From: Acetomicrobium hydrogeniformans
GTDB lineage: Bacteria > Synergistota > Synergistia > Synergistales > JAFGMB01
Direction of reading: 5' to 3'
Length of the DNA: 64,000 nt
NCBI GenBank assembly: GCA_016841745.1
Contig: JAENYO010000006.1
Location: 53,008 to 117,007, forward strand
Shown: one piece after another, positions 49,170 through 59,160 of the stretch
Position numbering within the stretch: the stretch's first letter is position 1
How the letters are laid out: every line of letters begins with the position of its first letter
The notes under the pieces: model-generated
What the model saw: only the letters and a program-made list of their open reading frames with translations
What the model was told of the DNA's origin: nothing
Databases searched by the model: none
Position numbers and translations under genes: made by a program

Positions 49170-49248
49170 TTTCTTATATTATGTTATATTATGGAGGTTG
49201 TTTTTCTTAGTCTTTAAAAGATTTAGGGGTCATCTTCCTGCCTTACCC

Positions 49249-50169
49249 TCATATTCCTAAAAGATCGTCTCTGACAAGATCCATTTCAATCTGTCGTATC
49301 ACCAAATTTTTCTTAAGAATCCAATCTGGTGCTACTAACCAGGGATACCTGGCATCTGCTGTAAGTCTCTGAATAATTACTGAGGAAGGGATGGCCTTGA
49401 TTGCACAAGCAACCCGTCGTGCATATTCGTCCAATTGCAGAGGGATATAACTTCCATCCAGAAAGAATTGCTCCAGTCTGGTTCCCCTTAGAATATGAAG
49501 GGGATGAAATTTCAGAGCCGCGATCCCCCTTTCAACGAGCCACTGGGCTGAAAGGGAGAGTTGTTCTCTGCTTTCGTTCTTTATTCCTGACATCAAATGT
49601 GCACACGTAGATATGGGTAGCGAAGAAATCCTCTCAAGGGTATCCTCTACACAAGAGAGAGTGTGTCCCCTGTTAAGCCAGTTCAACCCTTCTTCATTTA
49701 TAGTCTGAACTCCCAGTTCAAGCCAGACTTCATAACCCTTATCAGATAAATCAACAAGAAAACCGAGAAATTCATCCGGGACCATATCTGGTCTGGTTCC
49801 TAGCGCAAGCCCTACAACCTCTGTTCTCTTTCCGGCAATTTCTATCGCATTGTGAACCCTTTCTCTTAAAAGGGGAAGTGGTAGATTCGTTGAGGTGTAG
49901 CTCTGAAAATAGAGAATGGTCTTGTGAGCATGATAGCGGTACAATGCTACTCTAACTCCCCTGCTGATCTGTTCATCAAGACCAAGGGATTCAAGCCAGG
50001 CACCGCTTCCACCACCTCTTGCATCACAAAAGATACATCCGCCTTTTTCAAGCCCGTCACGATGTGGACACCCGGCACCGATATCCAGGCTTATCTTTTG
50101 AACTCTTTCTCCGTACTTCTCTTTAAGAACAGTTGACCATTTACAATAAAGGGGCAAATTAGGGAACAA
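49249..50169 (-). CDS. TIGR01212-family radical SAM protein (YhcC-like)
   Basis: KISLDIGAGCPHRDGLEKGGCIFCD is the atypical cluster motif of this family. TTG start. Confidence 0.85.
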   Translation of the reverse strand: MFPNLPLYCKWSTVLKEKYGERVQKISLDIGAGCPHRDGLEKGGCIFCDARGGGSGAWLESLGLDEQISRGVRVALYRYHAHKTILYFQSYTSTNLPLPLLRERVHNAIEIAGKRTEVVGLALGTRPDMVPDEFLGFLVDLSDKGYEVWLELGVQTINEEGLNWLNRGHTLSCVEDTLERISSLPISTCAHLMSGIKNESREQLSLSAQWLVERGIAALKFHPLHILRGTRLEQFFLDGSYIPLQLDEYARRVACAIKAIPSSVIIQRLTADARYPWLVAPDWILKKNLVIRQIEMDLVRDDLLGI

Positions 50170-50211
50170 GTGTTAATCCTCCATTAAGATTGTTTTTCAT
50201 GAATATTAAAA

Positions 50212-51126
50212 TCAGTAAAGAGTTGTTATAAGTTCTTTAAGCTTCGCTATGTGAGAAGGTGTTGTACCACAGCAACCTCCCACTACTGTAGCACCTAGTC
50301 GGAGCCATTGCTCTACATGTAAGGAATATTGTTGAGGGTCAAGATCATCCCTTATCCCTATCAATGCATTGTTTTCACTATCCAGCACCCAGTCTTGAGG
50401 AATTTGCTGGAAAGTATTTGCATATCCTCCTGTAAACTCTAATCCTGTTTTCAATAAATCTGGTAAAGCTGCCGTAATACTCTCAGGAGAACAGCAGTTA
50501 GCCAATATTCCTGCGACAGGAACAGCTTCAAGGACTGCAAAAGCCGCAGAGATCTTTTCTGAACTTCTGAGCCTACCACTTCTATCCTCATGAAGAGTCC
50601 ATGAAACCCAGACAGGTTTGCCTGTTTTAGAAGAGGCCCTTGCCGCAGCAAGTCCCTCCTCTGCGCAAGACATGGTTTCACATAAAAAAAAGTCTACGTA
50701 GGGCGCCATAATAGAAGCCTGTTCATCATATAGTGCTTCAATTTCATCACAAGGGCCAACCAGATCCGGTCTGTAACTCCCCTTGAGAGGTGGAATAGAC
50801 CCGGCAATAAGAACATTCTGGCCCGACATTTCCTTTGCTTCTATCGCTAGTTTACATGCAAGGATATTCAGATCTTCAAAACGGTCCTGGAAACCCTCCA
50901 GTCCCAGATTCTGCTTTATCACGCCATAGGTGTTGGTAGTTATGATGTCTGCTCCTGCGTTAATATAATCAAGATGAATCTGACGCACTACTTGCGGTGC
51001 AACTATCAGTGCATTGGCAGACCAGATCGTATCCAGTATCTCTACTCCCCTGAAACGCAATTCCCTGCCCATTCCTCCGTCAAGAAGAAGAGGCTTTTGC
51101 CTCCATTGGAATAATTCATTCCTCAC
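50212..51126 (-). CDS. Homocysteine S-methyltransferase (MmuM/YbgG type)
   Basis: LLDGGMGREL, ADIITTNTY and a C-terminal GGCCGTTPSHI zinc-ligand motif. GTG start. Confidence 0.85.
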   Translation of the reverse strand: MRNELFQWRQKPLLLDGGMGRELRFRGVEILDTIWSANALIVAPQVVRQIHLDYINAGADIITTNTYGVIKQNLGLEGFQDRFEDLNILACKLAIEAKEMSGQNVLIAGSIPPLKGSYRPDLVGPCDEIEALYDEQASIMAPYVDFFLCETMSCAEEGLAAARASSKTGKPVWVSWTLHEDRSGRLRSSEKISAAFAVLEAVPVAGILANCCSPESITAALPDLLKTGLEFTGGYANTFQQIPQDWVLDSENNALIGIRDDLDPQQYSLHVEQWLRLGATVVGGCCGTTPSHIAKLKELITTLY

Positions 51127-51185
51127 AGGATCATCTCCTCAACTCTAATGTAAGGTAACATCATATTACAAGGCAAACAGCAAAA

Positions 51186-51872
51186 TTACGCTGCATTCCC
51201 ATTAAGTCTTGTTTCAATATTTGCCTCTGTCTCCATGAATACTATACGGGCATTTTCAGCCCCGAAAGAACGGGCGATCCCCTCTAGTGTATTCCGGGCT
51301 GAAGCCCTGACATCATCCTGATATTTTATTAACAGATCATGGGCATTATGATTAACCATCTTCATCGCTTCAGAAAAAAGTCTGTTTTTTTCCTCTACAG
51401 TAAAAGAGCGACCCAGCGGACCATTAATAATGTCAGGAAGGAATATGGGTAAAAATTTCGATTTCTGTTCATCGTAAAAGGATAAATCCTTAAGTGCCAC
51501 ATCACAGGATGGAACAGGCATGGTTACAGTAAAACCATTTTCAACTTCGGAGGAAATAGAGAAACCTGGGTCACGGAGATCGTATGTAAAGTTCATGGAA
51601 AACTCAAAGATCATTATTATTCTTTTTCGGGTAAAGATCCAGTCCGGGAGAACCTTCCCGATCATACCTTCAAAAGCGTTCTCCTCCACGGTAACTATTT
51701 CCTTGGATATTATCTTGAAAACCAGGAGTTTTCCCAGAGACCGGAAACTATCCAGACACGAATGGATCAGCGTCCTCGTTTTTTGCCTCCTTCGAGACGC
51801 GATGAAAAAACCTGTAAAAAGACCCAGCAATCCTATCAATAATGCGGTAAGTAAAAAAGCCTGGAAACCCAT
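51186..51872 (-). CDS. Membrane-anchored hypothetical protein (DUF4230-like)
   Basis: 228 aa with an N-terminal TM helix and a soluble domain. The family assignment is from memory of overall pattern only. Confidence 0.5.
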   Translation of the reverse strand: MGFQAFLLTALLIGLLGLFTGFFIASRRRQKTRTLIHSCLDSFRSLGKLLVFKIISKEIVTVEENAFEGMIGKVLPDWIFTRKRIIMIFEFSMNFTYDLRDPGFSISSEVENGFTVTMPVPSCDVALKDLSFYDEQKSKFLPIFLPDIINGPLGRSFTVEEKNRLFSEAMKMVNHNAHDLLIKYQDDVRASARNTLEGIARSFGAENARIVFMETEANIETRLNGNAA

Positions 51873-51963
51873 CGAAAAGATTCTCCTTTCAGATTCATGT
51901 TGTCATCTCTTTATATTCTATGTCTTGCATCCATAAAGCCTTCGAAACAGAACAAACGGCACA

Positions 51964-54678
51964 TTAGTCATGTTCACTCATTATCCCAAGCATAGGAGAT
52001 AATATTAACACCGTTGTAACGAAACAAGTTGCAACTCCAATAAACATGGCCCCTCCAAAACCCGCAAATCCTCTGTATATGGAGAAGACAAGGGAACCAA
52101 AAGCAAGCATATCGGTAAGGCTGGTTAAAAGTATAGCCTTTCCTGTGCTGGAAAAGACCTGGGAAAGGCTTCTTTTCCCTTCCATAAGCCATCGATGAAG
52201 AACATACACTCCATCGTCTATACCTATCCCTAGAATAAGAGGGAGTACCATTATATTGATTACCGTAAGCTTCATTCCGAGAAGATACATAATTCCAACC
52301 ATCCATACCAGGCCAGTCGCCAGGGGTATCATTGCTATCAGAGCATAACGAACTTTTCTGAAATCAGACCAGAGTAAAATGAAAACAACAAATATGGTTA
52401 AAATAACCGCATTCCTGCCATCCTTGCCCATTATTTTCATCAAAGCCCGGAAAATGGGTGGCATTCCAGTAGCCTTATGACTGACCCTCTCCAGGTCATC
52501 GACAAACCTGTTAAGGAACCTTGCGTCTTTCCAGATATCCCCAATTGGATAAACTGTCACAAGGAATCTATCCCTCTTTATGTTTGAGTACCGATTAAGT
52601 ATGGATTCCGGCAATTCTGTCATACCGATAGTCCCACCACTCCCCATTTTGTGAACTGAATCTCTGAAATAGGGAGAAAATTGACGTTCAAAGTCTAAAA
52701 GACCCTGAAATCCTTTCGCTTCATCACTTTTCAAGTCTGTGAAAAAAGAGGAGAAGAGATTCTTTTCTTGTGGATCATCTGGATAACCCACTATTTCAGA
52801 ACACTTTGCATCAACTCTATCCTGCCCCCCCAGGTAAGCTAGATCCTGCATCTCCATTATGTTCATTTTCAATCTATTTAACTCCTGAACAAGACTTTCC
52901 ATGTCTTTCGGTTCCTTTAGTCCATAGGGGGGTGACCTTTTCATCTCCATAATTATTTCTTGTACGTAATTTATCCTCTTCTGCTGTTCTTCCTTAGAAG
53001 GAATATACAGGGAAATATCCTCGACCATAGCCACAGAAGGGAGAAACTTAGCCTTCTCAGCAAGGAAGGAGGATTCTTCAAGACTGTCGGCAAGGAACAT
53101 GGAATAATCAATGCTGAAATCGAATTTATCCAGTATGGTGTCATAAAGCTCTACTGAAGTAAGCCCCTTTGGTTCAAGGTTCATGTAATTCTGGTCAAAA
53201 GTTATTTTAACCCCTACGTAAGCCAATAATGTTGTAATAAGAGTTACAAAAACAAGAATTCTCTTCGGATAAAGATTCAAATAAGAAGAGAAGTTGCCCA
53301 GCGGTCTTAAGGAAATATCCCGACTTTTGGTGATTGTAGATACTTGCTTCTGGCCTTTTCTTTCCAGCCACTTTTCCCTGAGAACAAGAAGAGAGGGAAG
53401 AAAAAGAAAGGTTACTATCATTACGGAAATAAGACCACAACCCATTACGATTCCCATTTCCCTCATTCCCCTTGTGCTGCTTATTGAAAGAGTCAGAAAT
53501 GCAGCACTGGTGGTAAATCCTCCTGTAATTATTCCGTTACCGCATTTGGTAAAACTATTTAAAAGGGACCTCTCTATGGATATGCCCAGGCAACGCTCCT
53601 CCGTGAAAGCCGAAATAAGATGGATGGAAAAATCTATTCCAAGACCAAGCAACACAACTCCGGTCATGGAAGTCATGATATTAAGATTACCCACAACCAG
53701 AAATGCTGCCCCCATAGCCCATATCACCCCGACAACAAGATTAGCAATGGCAAGAGCAGGCGCTACTGTCATTCTGAATGCAAAAGCCAGAAGTATGAAG
53801 ATGGCTATAATCGCTATTATGGAAGTATATCCAAGACTTTTAGTGGTGTAGATCATTTCGTCATGCTGTATAACAGGCATCCCGGTAAGTCCGGCTGTTA
53901 TACCTGGAAAGCGGGTCAGGGTTATATCAACTGCTTTCTGGATTGCTCCTATCCCGGGAACAAGGCGGTCCATCTCAACCATGGTGAAATTAGGGACCAC
54001 ATCGATAATAAGGGCCTGTTTATCATAAGAAAGGATATAAGGTTCTCCCACAAGAATCCTGTCCACTGCTTCTCTGGATAGTTTTTCTGAAATTCTCCCA
54101 TCCCGTACTGCCTTCGATAAAGCCTCCAGGAAAAAAGAAATTCCATCAAGAAAGTTAACAGCACGATCTTCTTTCTCTCGTGTTGAAAGAGATTCCTCCT
54201 TTCCTATGTATTCTTTTTCAAGACTGTTATTCAGATTACGAATAAGCATAGGGAAGTTGGATGCCTGGAAAATATCACTGATATTTTCCAGATAATCCGA
54301 TTTAATCATCATAAGCCCGTTATTGCGCATAAATTCAACTTCCCTTTTATAGTTTATCCTCTGCACATAAGGCTTTCCTTCTTCGTCCTGAAGCTCTCTG
54401 ATCCGGGGAACCAGTGTTTCTGCAAATTCCTGTATATCTTGTCCCTTTCCCTGAACTACAAGAATTACGCTGCTGGATGAAACAAAATTTCTTATAACCC
54501 TGTCGAACTCTACTGTTCTCGGATCATCCGACGGAAGCAGATCTGACCAGCCCATGGATTGTTCAAGCCGTGCTGCCAGAAAAAGGGAACATATGGTCAG
54601 TATCCCGATAAGGCATAACATTTTCAGGGGATGTCTTGAATGCCATTCAGAAAGCAAAATAAATATTTTGTTCCTCAT
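51964..54678 (-). CDS. MMPL/RND-superfamily exporter (COG1033-type, 12 TM with two periplasmic loops)
   Basis: 904 aa with two homologous halves. Each has a large extracytoplasmic loop followed by a TM bundle (e.g. GVVLLGLGIDFSIHLIS and VLPLILGIGIDDGVYVLH). Confidence 0.85.
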   Translation of the reverse strand: MRNKIFILLSEWHSRHPLKMLCLIGILTICSLFLAARLEQSMGWSDLLPSDDPRTVEFDRVIRNFVSSSSVILVVQGKGQDIQEFAETLVPRIRELQDEEGKPYVQRINYKREVEFMRNNGLMMIKSDYLENISDIFQASNFPMLIRNLNNSLEKEYIGKEESLSTREKEDRAVNFLDGISFFLEALSKAVRDGRISEKLSREAVDRILVGEPYILSYDKQALIIDVVPNFTMVEMDRLVPGIGAIQKAVDITLTRFPGITAGLTGMPVIQHDEMIYTTKSLGYTSIIAIIAIFILLAFAFRMTVAPALAIANLVVGVIWAMGAAFLVVGNLNIMTSMTGVVLLGLGIDFSIHLISAFTEERCLGISIERSLLNSFTKCGNGIITGGFTTSAAFLTLSISSTRGMREMGIVMGCGLISVMIVTFLFLPSLLVLREKWLERKGQKQVSTITKSRDISLRPLGNFSSYLNLYPKRILVFVTLITTLLAYVGVKITFDQNYMNLEPKGLTSVELYDTILDKFDFSIDYSMFLADSLEESSFLAEKAKFLPSVAMVEDISLYIPSKEEQQKRINYVQEIIMEMKRSPPYGLKEPKDMESLVQELNRLKMNIMEMQDLAYLGGQDRVDAKCSEIVGYPDDPQEKNLFSSFFTDLKSDEAKGFQGLLDFERQFSPYFRDSVHKMGSGGTIGMTELPESILNRYSNIKRDRFLVTVYPIGDIWKDARFLNRFVDDLERVSHKATGMPPIFRALMKIMGKDGRNAVILTIFVVFILLWSDFRKVRYALIAMIPLATGLVWMVGIMYLLGMKLTVINIMVLPLILGIGIDDGVYVLHRWLMEGKRSLSQVFSSTGKAILLTSLTDMLAFGSLVFSIYRGFAGFGGAMFIGVATCFVTTVLILSPMLGIMSEHD

Positions 54679-54698
54679 GAATCTCCACTTCTCCTATT

Positions 54699-55961
54699 TC
54701 AGAAATACCAGGTCAAACGCATCAGGAGACCTTTTCCAAGTTCTCTTGAATAGACCGTATCATCTTTACCAAGATTTATTCCCCCAAAGAATTCCAGATG
54801 AAGGTCGTTAGTAAGGCTGTAATCAATAACAGGGATCAGAGCAACGCTTCCATCTGAAAGGCTGGATGCGACTGACATACCAATATTCATAAGATCCGTC
54901 ACAGGGTAGTATCCGTAAAGGTAAAGATTGTCCTTTGAAATGGCCTTTGTCTCTCCTGTGAAAAACCTCATCCACGAGTTCAGGTCGTAATCTGAGGAAT
55001 TGCTACCTCCAAGGCTTGAATGAAAATATTCCATTAGGAGATAAAAACCGTTTCGCCATGTATAATCACCACCAACAACAAATTCATAATAATTATCACT
55101 TTGTTCAAGCCAGTTGTAGGCACCTTCAAACCAGAGACCTATACCAAAGGCTTCTCCCGCCATATCAAAACCGATGATCTTCCGCTTTTTTCTCGTTCCG
55201 GAAAGCTTTTCATAATCAGTAAAACTCCAGTATGTATGCCCAAAGATAAGGGAATAATCAAAATGACCGAAGGTGGCTTTATAGCACAATAACATGCCCG
55301 GCTCATGGGTTGAATCCTCAATATCATATAAAAACATGATCCCTTGGGAGAGGGACAGTGGGTAATCTATTCTGAGGGCTTTATGCCCTTTTTTTTCATC
55401 TGTAGGATCCACAAGATTCTTGACATTGAAAAGGTCTGTAGGGTTCCAGGCATATCCGCTCCCAAAACTGATCTGCTGTTTCCCGATTGTTACATCAAAT
55501 TCCGATAAAATGTATTTTATGAAAAAATTATCCCATGTAAGATCATTCTCGAGGGAATAATCAAAAAGGTATCTTGAAGCAGAGTCTACTGATCTTTCGA
55601 TACTGTCAGGCATATTATTAAGGAAGTTCCCATCATTATCACCCTGGTAAACAAGAAGGTTCACATTTCCCCCGATAAAAAGACTGGAAGACAGTACAGA
55701 TTCGAAGTCCAGCCTGAGTTTATGCATGAACAACAGTTCAGAAGGGTTACCATCACTTGCGCTGAGTTCGCTTCGTAAATACCCTAAAAAATTAACTGGT
55801 TCGGCACTCGCAATATCAATGAAAGGAATTACAAATACGTAGACAAGAAAAAAACAGTAAAGGATCCTGGTAACCTTATTTTTTAATATACAAGCGACTG
55901 GGATGCGCAACAAAGATACCCGAAGCAAGGAATGGCATGGAATCAGTTTATCCATGATCAT
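54699..55961 (-). CDS. Putative outer-membrane beta-barrel protein
   Basis: 420 aa with a hydrophobic N-terminus ending ...IASA|EP. The sequence is rich in alternating aromatic/Gly strands and has a C-terminal ...LMRLTWYF (terminal Phe, an OMP signature). The exact start is uncertain. Confidence 0.55.
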   Translation of the reverse strand: MIMDKLIPCHSLLRVSLLRIPVACILKNKVTRILYCFFLVYVFVIPFIDIASAEPVNFLGYLRSELSASDGNPSELLFMHKLRLDFESVLSSSLFIGGNVNLLVYQGDNDGNFLNNMPDSIERSVDSASRYLFDYSLENDLTWDNFFIKYILSEFDVTIGKQQISFGSGYAWNPTDLFNVKNLVDPTDEKKGHKALRIDYPLSLSQGIMFLYDIEDSTHEPGMLLCYKATFGHFDYSLIFGHTYWSFTDYEKLSGTRKKRKIIGFDMAGEAFGIGLWFEGAYNWLEQSDNYYEFVVGGDYTWRNGFYLLMEYFHSSLGGSNSSDYDLNSWMRFFTGETKAISKDNLYLYGYYPVTDLMNIGMSVASSLSDGSVALIPVIDYSLTNDLHLEFFGGINLGKDDTVYSRELGKGLLMRLTWYF

Positions 55962-56728
55962 TTGCGAAGAGCTCTCTCTGTAAACATTTCATCGCTAAGT
56001 TCAAGACTATAATCTACCTGGATAAGTTCCATCAGGGTTTCTGTAAGATCCAGTTCATTCTTCATGGTCATTTTCATAGCCGTTGGAATTTTCTGGATAA
56101 TCCGAATGTCTTCCATAAGTAGTATCTTCGACGGGATGTCAGGGTAATCATCTTCAAAATACTCTATTACAAGTGGGAAGAAATCGCTCTTTCTAATCCA
56201 CATAACAATTTTCAGATATGACGAATCACTGGAAGGAGCACGATCAAGACGGACCATGTAGCAGGCCTCTTCTCCTGTAACCTCGTCTTCAAGTCTGGAA
56301 GCATCGAAATCGGTAATAAAGGTGTCCCCACTACCCATATCTTCATAGGAAAAATCACTTCCCTGCATTTTCTGTCTTTTTGCATGGGTAGCAAGTTTTC
56401 TTACTCTTTTGGTTCTGGGGAAATACATCCATATATCATCCGCATTGTTTAGCATTAGTATTGACTGACCCCTTGTCCTGGATGGCTCAGTATATCTAAT
56501 AAGGGTTTTTTCTCCCCTGTCTTTTGCCCAACTGTCGAATTCGAAAGTACGCAACTGTCCTGATGAAGTCTGGATGACCATCCGGGTTGTGGTAAATCCA
56601 GATTCCTGGTTTAAGATTTCGTTGACTTCCCTTATTATTTCCTTCCCTGAAAGATCTTGGGCATAAGCAGATGACGATCCTAAAACAAACAGTGCGATTA
56701 TAATGATCAAAAAGGAATATTTTTTCAT
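55958..56728 (-). CDS. LolA-like outer-membrane lipoprotein-sorting family protein
   Basis: Signal peptide MKKYSFLIIIIALFVLGSSSAYA. Also contains RMVIQTSSGQLRTFEFDSWAKDRGEKTLIRYTEPSRTRGQSILML...IWMYFPRTKRVRKL, typical of the LolA-like family. Forms a 4-nt overlap with the next gene. Confidence 0.68.
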   Translation of the reverse strand: MKKYSFLIIIIALFVLGSSSAYAQDLSGKEIIREVNEILNQESGFTTTRMVIQTSSGQLRTFEFDSWAKDRGEKTLIRYTEPSRTRGQSILMLNNADDIWMYFPRTKRVRKLATHAKRQKMQGSDFSYEDMGSGDTFITDFDASRLEDEVTGEEACYMVRLDRAPSSDSSYLKIVMWIRKSDFFPLVIEYFEDDYPDIPSKILLMEDIRIIQKIPTAMKMTMKNELDLTETLMELIQVDYSLELSDEMFTERALRK

Positions 56729-57015
56729 CCTCACCACTCTTTCCACGTTTTTCCAAATAAGAGGCTTTATAATATTCTTATTTCAAAGTAACAACTGTGT
56801 TTGTAATGATCAGATCGATAAAATAAATATTAAATAATTAACTTAAACCTGGCCTTAGCCTCACTCCAATAAGAAAATATCATCTATATTTTACGACACA
56901 GTGTCATCATAGTAAACTTTATCCACCACTTGGCATCCCTGTATTAAATATAGGATATGAAAAGTATAATGAAAAAATGTTGTTTCCAAATAATATCTAT
57001 TGATATGGAGCAGTC

Positions 57016-57483
57016 ATGCTGAATAACATTGAATTCAGAGTTTGTAACGGAGAAAATATCACTGAAATAGAAAATATCGAACAGACCTGCTTTGCTACCG
57101 ATGCATGGTCACATGATTTCATAACCTATGCCCTGGGAATTTTCCTTGTAATAGGCTTATTCGACGAAGGGAAAATGATCGGTTATGGCGCTTGTCATAA
57201 TAGGAGCAGGTTTATATATATAGATAATCTTGCAATACTTCCCTCTTACAGAAATAAGGGCTTTGGTACCCTCTTCATGCGTTATTTTTTCAGGATAGCC
57301 ATTGAAAACAACTGCACAGAAGCCCTTCTACAGGTTAATGTTAACAACAGTTCTGCCATAGCCATGTATAAGAAGATGGGGTTCAAAACTGTAAGATTGC
57401 TTAAAGGTTATTACAGGAGAAGAAACGGCAGAGACGAAGATGCCCTTTTAATGAATGCGAAAATAATGCATGACCTGGATTAA
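57016..57483 (+). CDS. GNAT N-acetyltransferase (RimI-like)
   Basis: IDNLAILPSYRNKGFGTLFM...AIAMYKKMGF, the acetyl-CoA binding motif A/B. Confidence 0.8.
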   Translation: MLNNIEFRVCNGENITEIENIEQTCFATDAWSHDFITYALGIFLVIGLFDEGKMIGYGACHNRSRFIYIDNLAILPSYRNKGFGTLFMRYFFRIAIENNCTEALLQVNVNNSSAIAMYKKMGFKTVRLLKGYYRRRNGRDEDALLMNAKIMHDLD

Positions 57484-57693
57484 CACTTCCCTGAATATAT
57501 CCTGTAAGATATTATTGTTTTTACTGAATTATTCGACTTCAATGATGTGAAATGGTCTGAGGAATTTCCCATACACTTATTAAGAAACTCTGTCTGGGAA
57601 AAAACACTATCCAATTTCAAAGGAATAAAAAATTATCATTTGCTGAAAATGTCGAAAAGAAACCTGCGGCCAAACTATAGGAGAGTGATAAAG

Positions 57694-58185
57694 ATGGTAG
57701 AACAAAAGGCTATTATCCGTACTTGCAGACCTGGAGAACTGAGTTATGTTTCCTACCTGCACTGCCTGATCTATGAAAGGGAATACGGTTTTGACGGTAC
57801 CTTTGAATATTACCTGCTAAATGCTATGGCTAAATACCTTGAAGACCCCTCTGATAACAAAGGGCAGGTATGGGTTGTTGAAGATTCCGCTAAGGTTAGG
57901 GGATCTATCGCTATTGTAGAAACGGATCACCAGACAGCTCAACTCAGATGGTTTATCCTTACACCTGAATTGAGATCCAAAGGACTGGGTAAAGGATTAA
58001 TGGAAAGATGCCTGGATTATTGCCGAGCAAAGGGATACAAAAAGGTTTTTTTGTGGACATTATCCCAGCTTGACGCTGCACGCCATCTATATGAAAAATA
58101 CGGTTTCAAGAACATGGAGCAGGTGAGTCATACCATCTGGGGGCAGGATCTTGTTGAAGAAAGATGGGACCTGTATCTTCAGTAA
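57694..58185 (+). CDS. GNAT N-acetyltransferase
   Basis: LRWFILTPELRSKGLGKGLMERCLDYCRAKGYKKVFLWT...ARHLYEKYGF. The start is MVEQK (57694), which has an RBS; the track ORF extension is spurious. Confidence 0.8.
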   Translation: MVEQKAIIRTCRPGELSYVSYLHCLIYEREYGFDGTFEYYLLNAMAKYLEDPSDNKGQVWVVEDSAKVRGSIAIVETDHQTAQLRWFILTPELRSKGLGKGLMERCLDYCRAKGYKKVFLWTLSQLDAARHLYEKYGFKNMEQVSHTIWGQDLVEERWDLYLQ

Positions 58186-58252
58186 TTTCTAATAGCGACA
58201 TTTTGTTAAGCAGCGATCTTAATCTTAGATCATACATTTACCCGGACCGATC

Positions 58253-58867
58253 TTACGAGTCTGCTGCTTCATCATCTCTTAAAAAACCATTACGACAGGA
58301 TTGAACAAGAACCTCTTCAACTTTTTCCCAGAGTGCAGGTGCCCCCTGTTTTACAGGCATCTGTCTCTCCATAACCTTGCTCTTTGGTATATCATGGAGC
58401 TTCCATGTCCCTCCTCCATTTCTGTAGTTCTGAAAGATAACCAGAAATCTGTCCATTGAATTAGCAAATCTGGATTCGGTTGTTGATGCTTCTTCAAATT
58501 CATCCCATAACTGTCGGAATTCAATACTCTGGTCTTCCGGAAGGAGACCGAAAAGCCTTTCAGCTGCCCTTGTTTCCCTGTCAGCCTTATCCATATTACC
58601 CTCATCGTCGTAACAGAATGTATCACCTGCATCTATCTCTATAACATCATGTATGAGCAGCATTTTCAGTACCTTAAGTGAATCTATCGGCTCGGGAGCA
58701 TATTCAGCAAGGATCATGGACATTACGGCAATATGCCAGGAATGCTCTGCACTGTTTTCTCTCCTGGTTCCACCTATTATTGAATTAGCCCGGAAAATAT
58801 TTTTCAGTTCGCCCAGAGTTTCCAAAAAATCTATCTGTTTCTCCAATCTTGCTTTTTCAAGAACCAT
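58253..58867 (-). CDS. HD-domain hydrolase (YfbR-like, HD_3)
   Basis: ENSAEHSWHIAVMSMILAEY...LLIHDVIEIDAGDTF. Confidence 0.82.
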   Translation of the reverse strand: MVLEKARLEKQIDFLETLGELKNIFRANSIIGGTRRENSAEHSWHIAVMSMILAEYAPEPIDSLKVLKMLLIHDVIEIDAGDTFCYDDEGNMDKADRETRAAERLFGLLPEDQSIEFRQLWDEFEEASTTESRFANSMDRFLVIFQNYRNGGGTWKLHDIPKSKVMERQMPVKQGAPALWEKVEEVLVQSCRNGFLRDDEAADS

Positions 58868-59160
58868 TATTTCCCCTCCTGAATTAAATCTAAACTGAAC
58901 AATAATTCTACAATATTTAATGGAGCAACTTAACCTTCAAAATACCATATCTTGCAATTTATCGCTGTAAGAAATAATAAGGTATAATAGGGTGTAATTA
59001 TTCATCATTTAAGCAGTACTTTTAACTAATGCTGCTTATTCTTCCTAGATTCAACCTACTCCACATTATCAAGTTATGGATTCCACATAAAATCAAGGGA
59101 CCTTAACGCAGTTTCCTGTCTATACAAAAAACTTGTTGTAATTATAAAGGGGGCATCACA

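Noticed and set aside
57016-58185. Possible GNAT-toxin/antitoxin (TacT/AtaT-like) modules, because two small GNAT genes sit in tandem.
   Set aside because: No RHH/DUF1778-type antitoxin ORF precedes either gene. Only a 21-codon ORF without a good RBS overlaps the first start. The first GNAT looks RimI-like and the second like an ordinary acetyltransferase.
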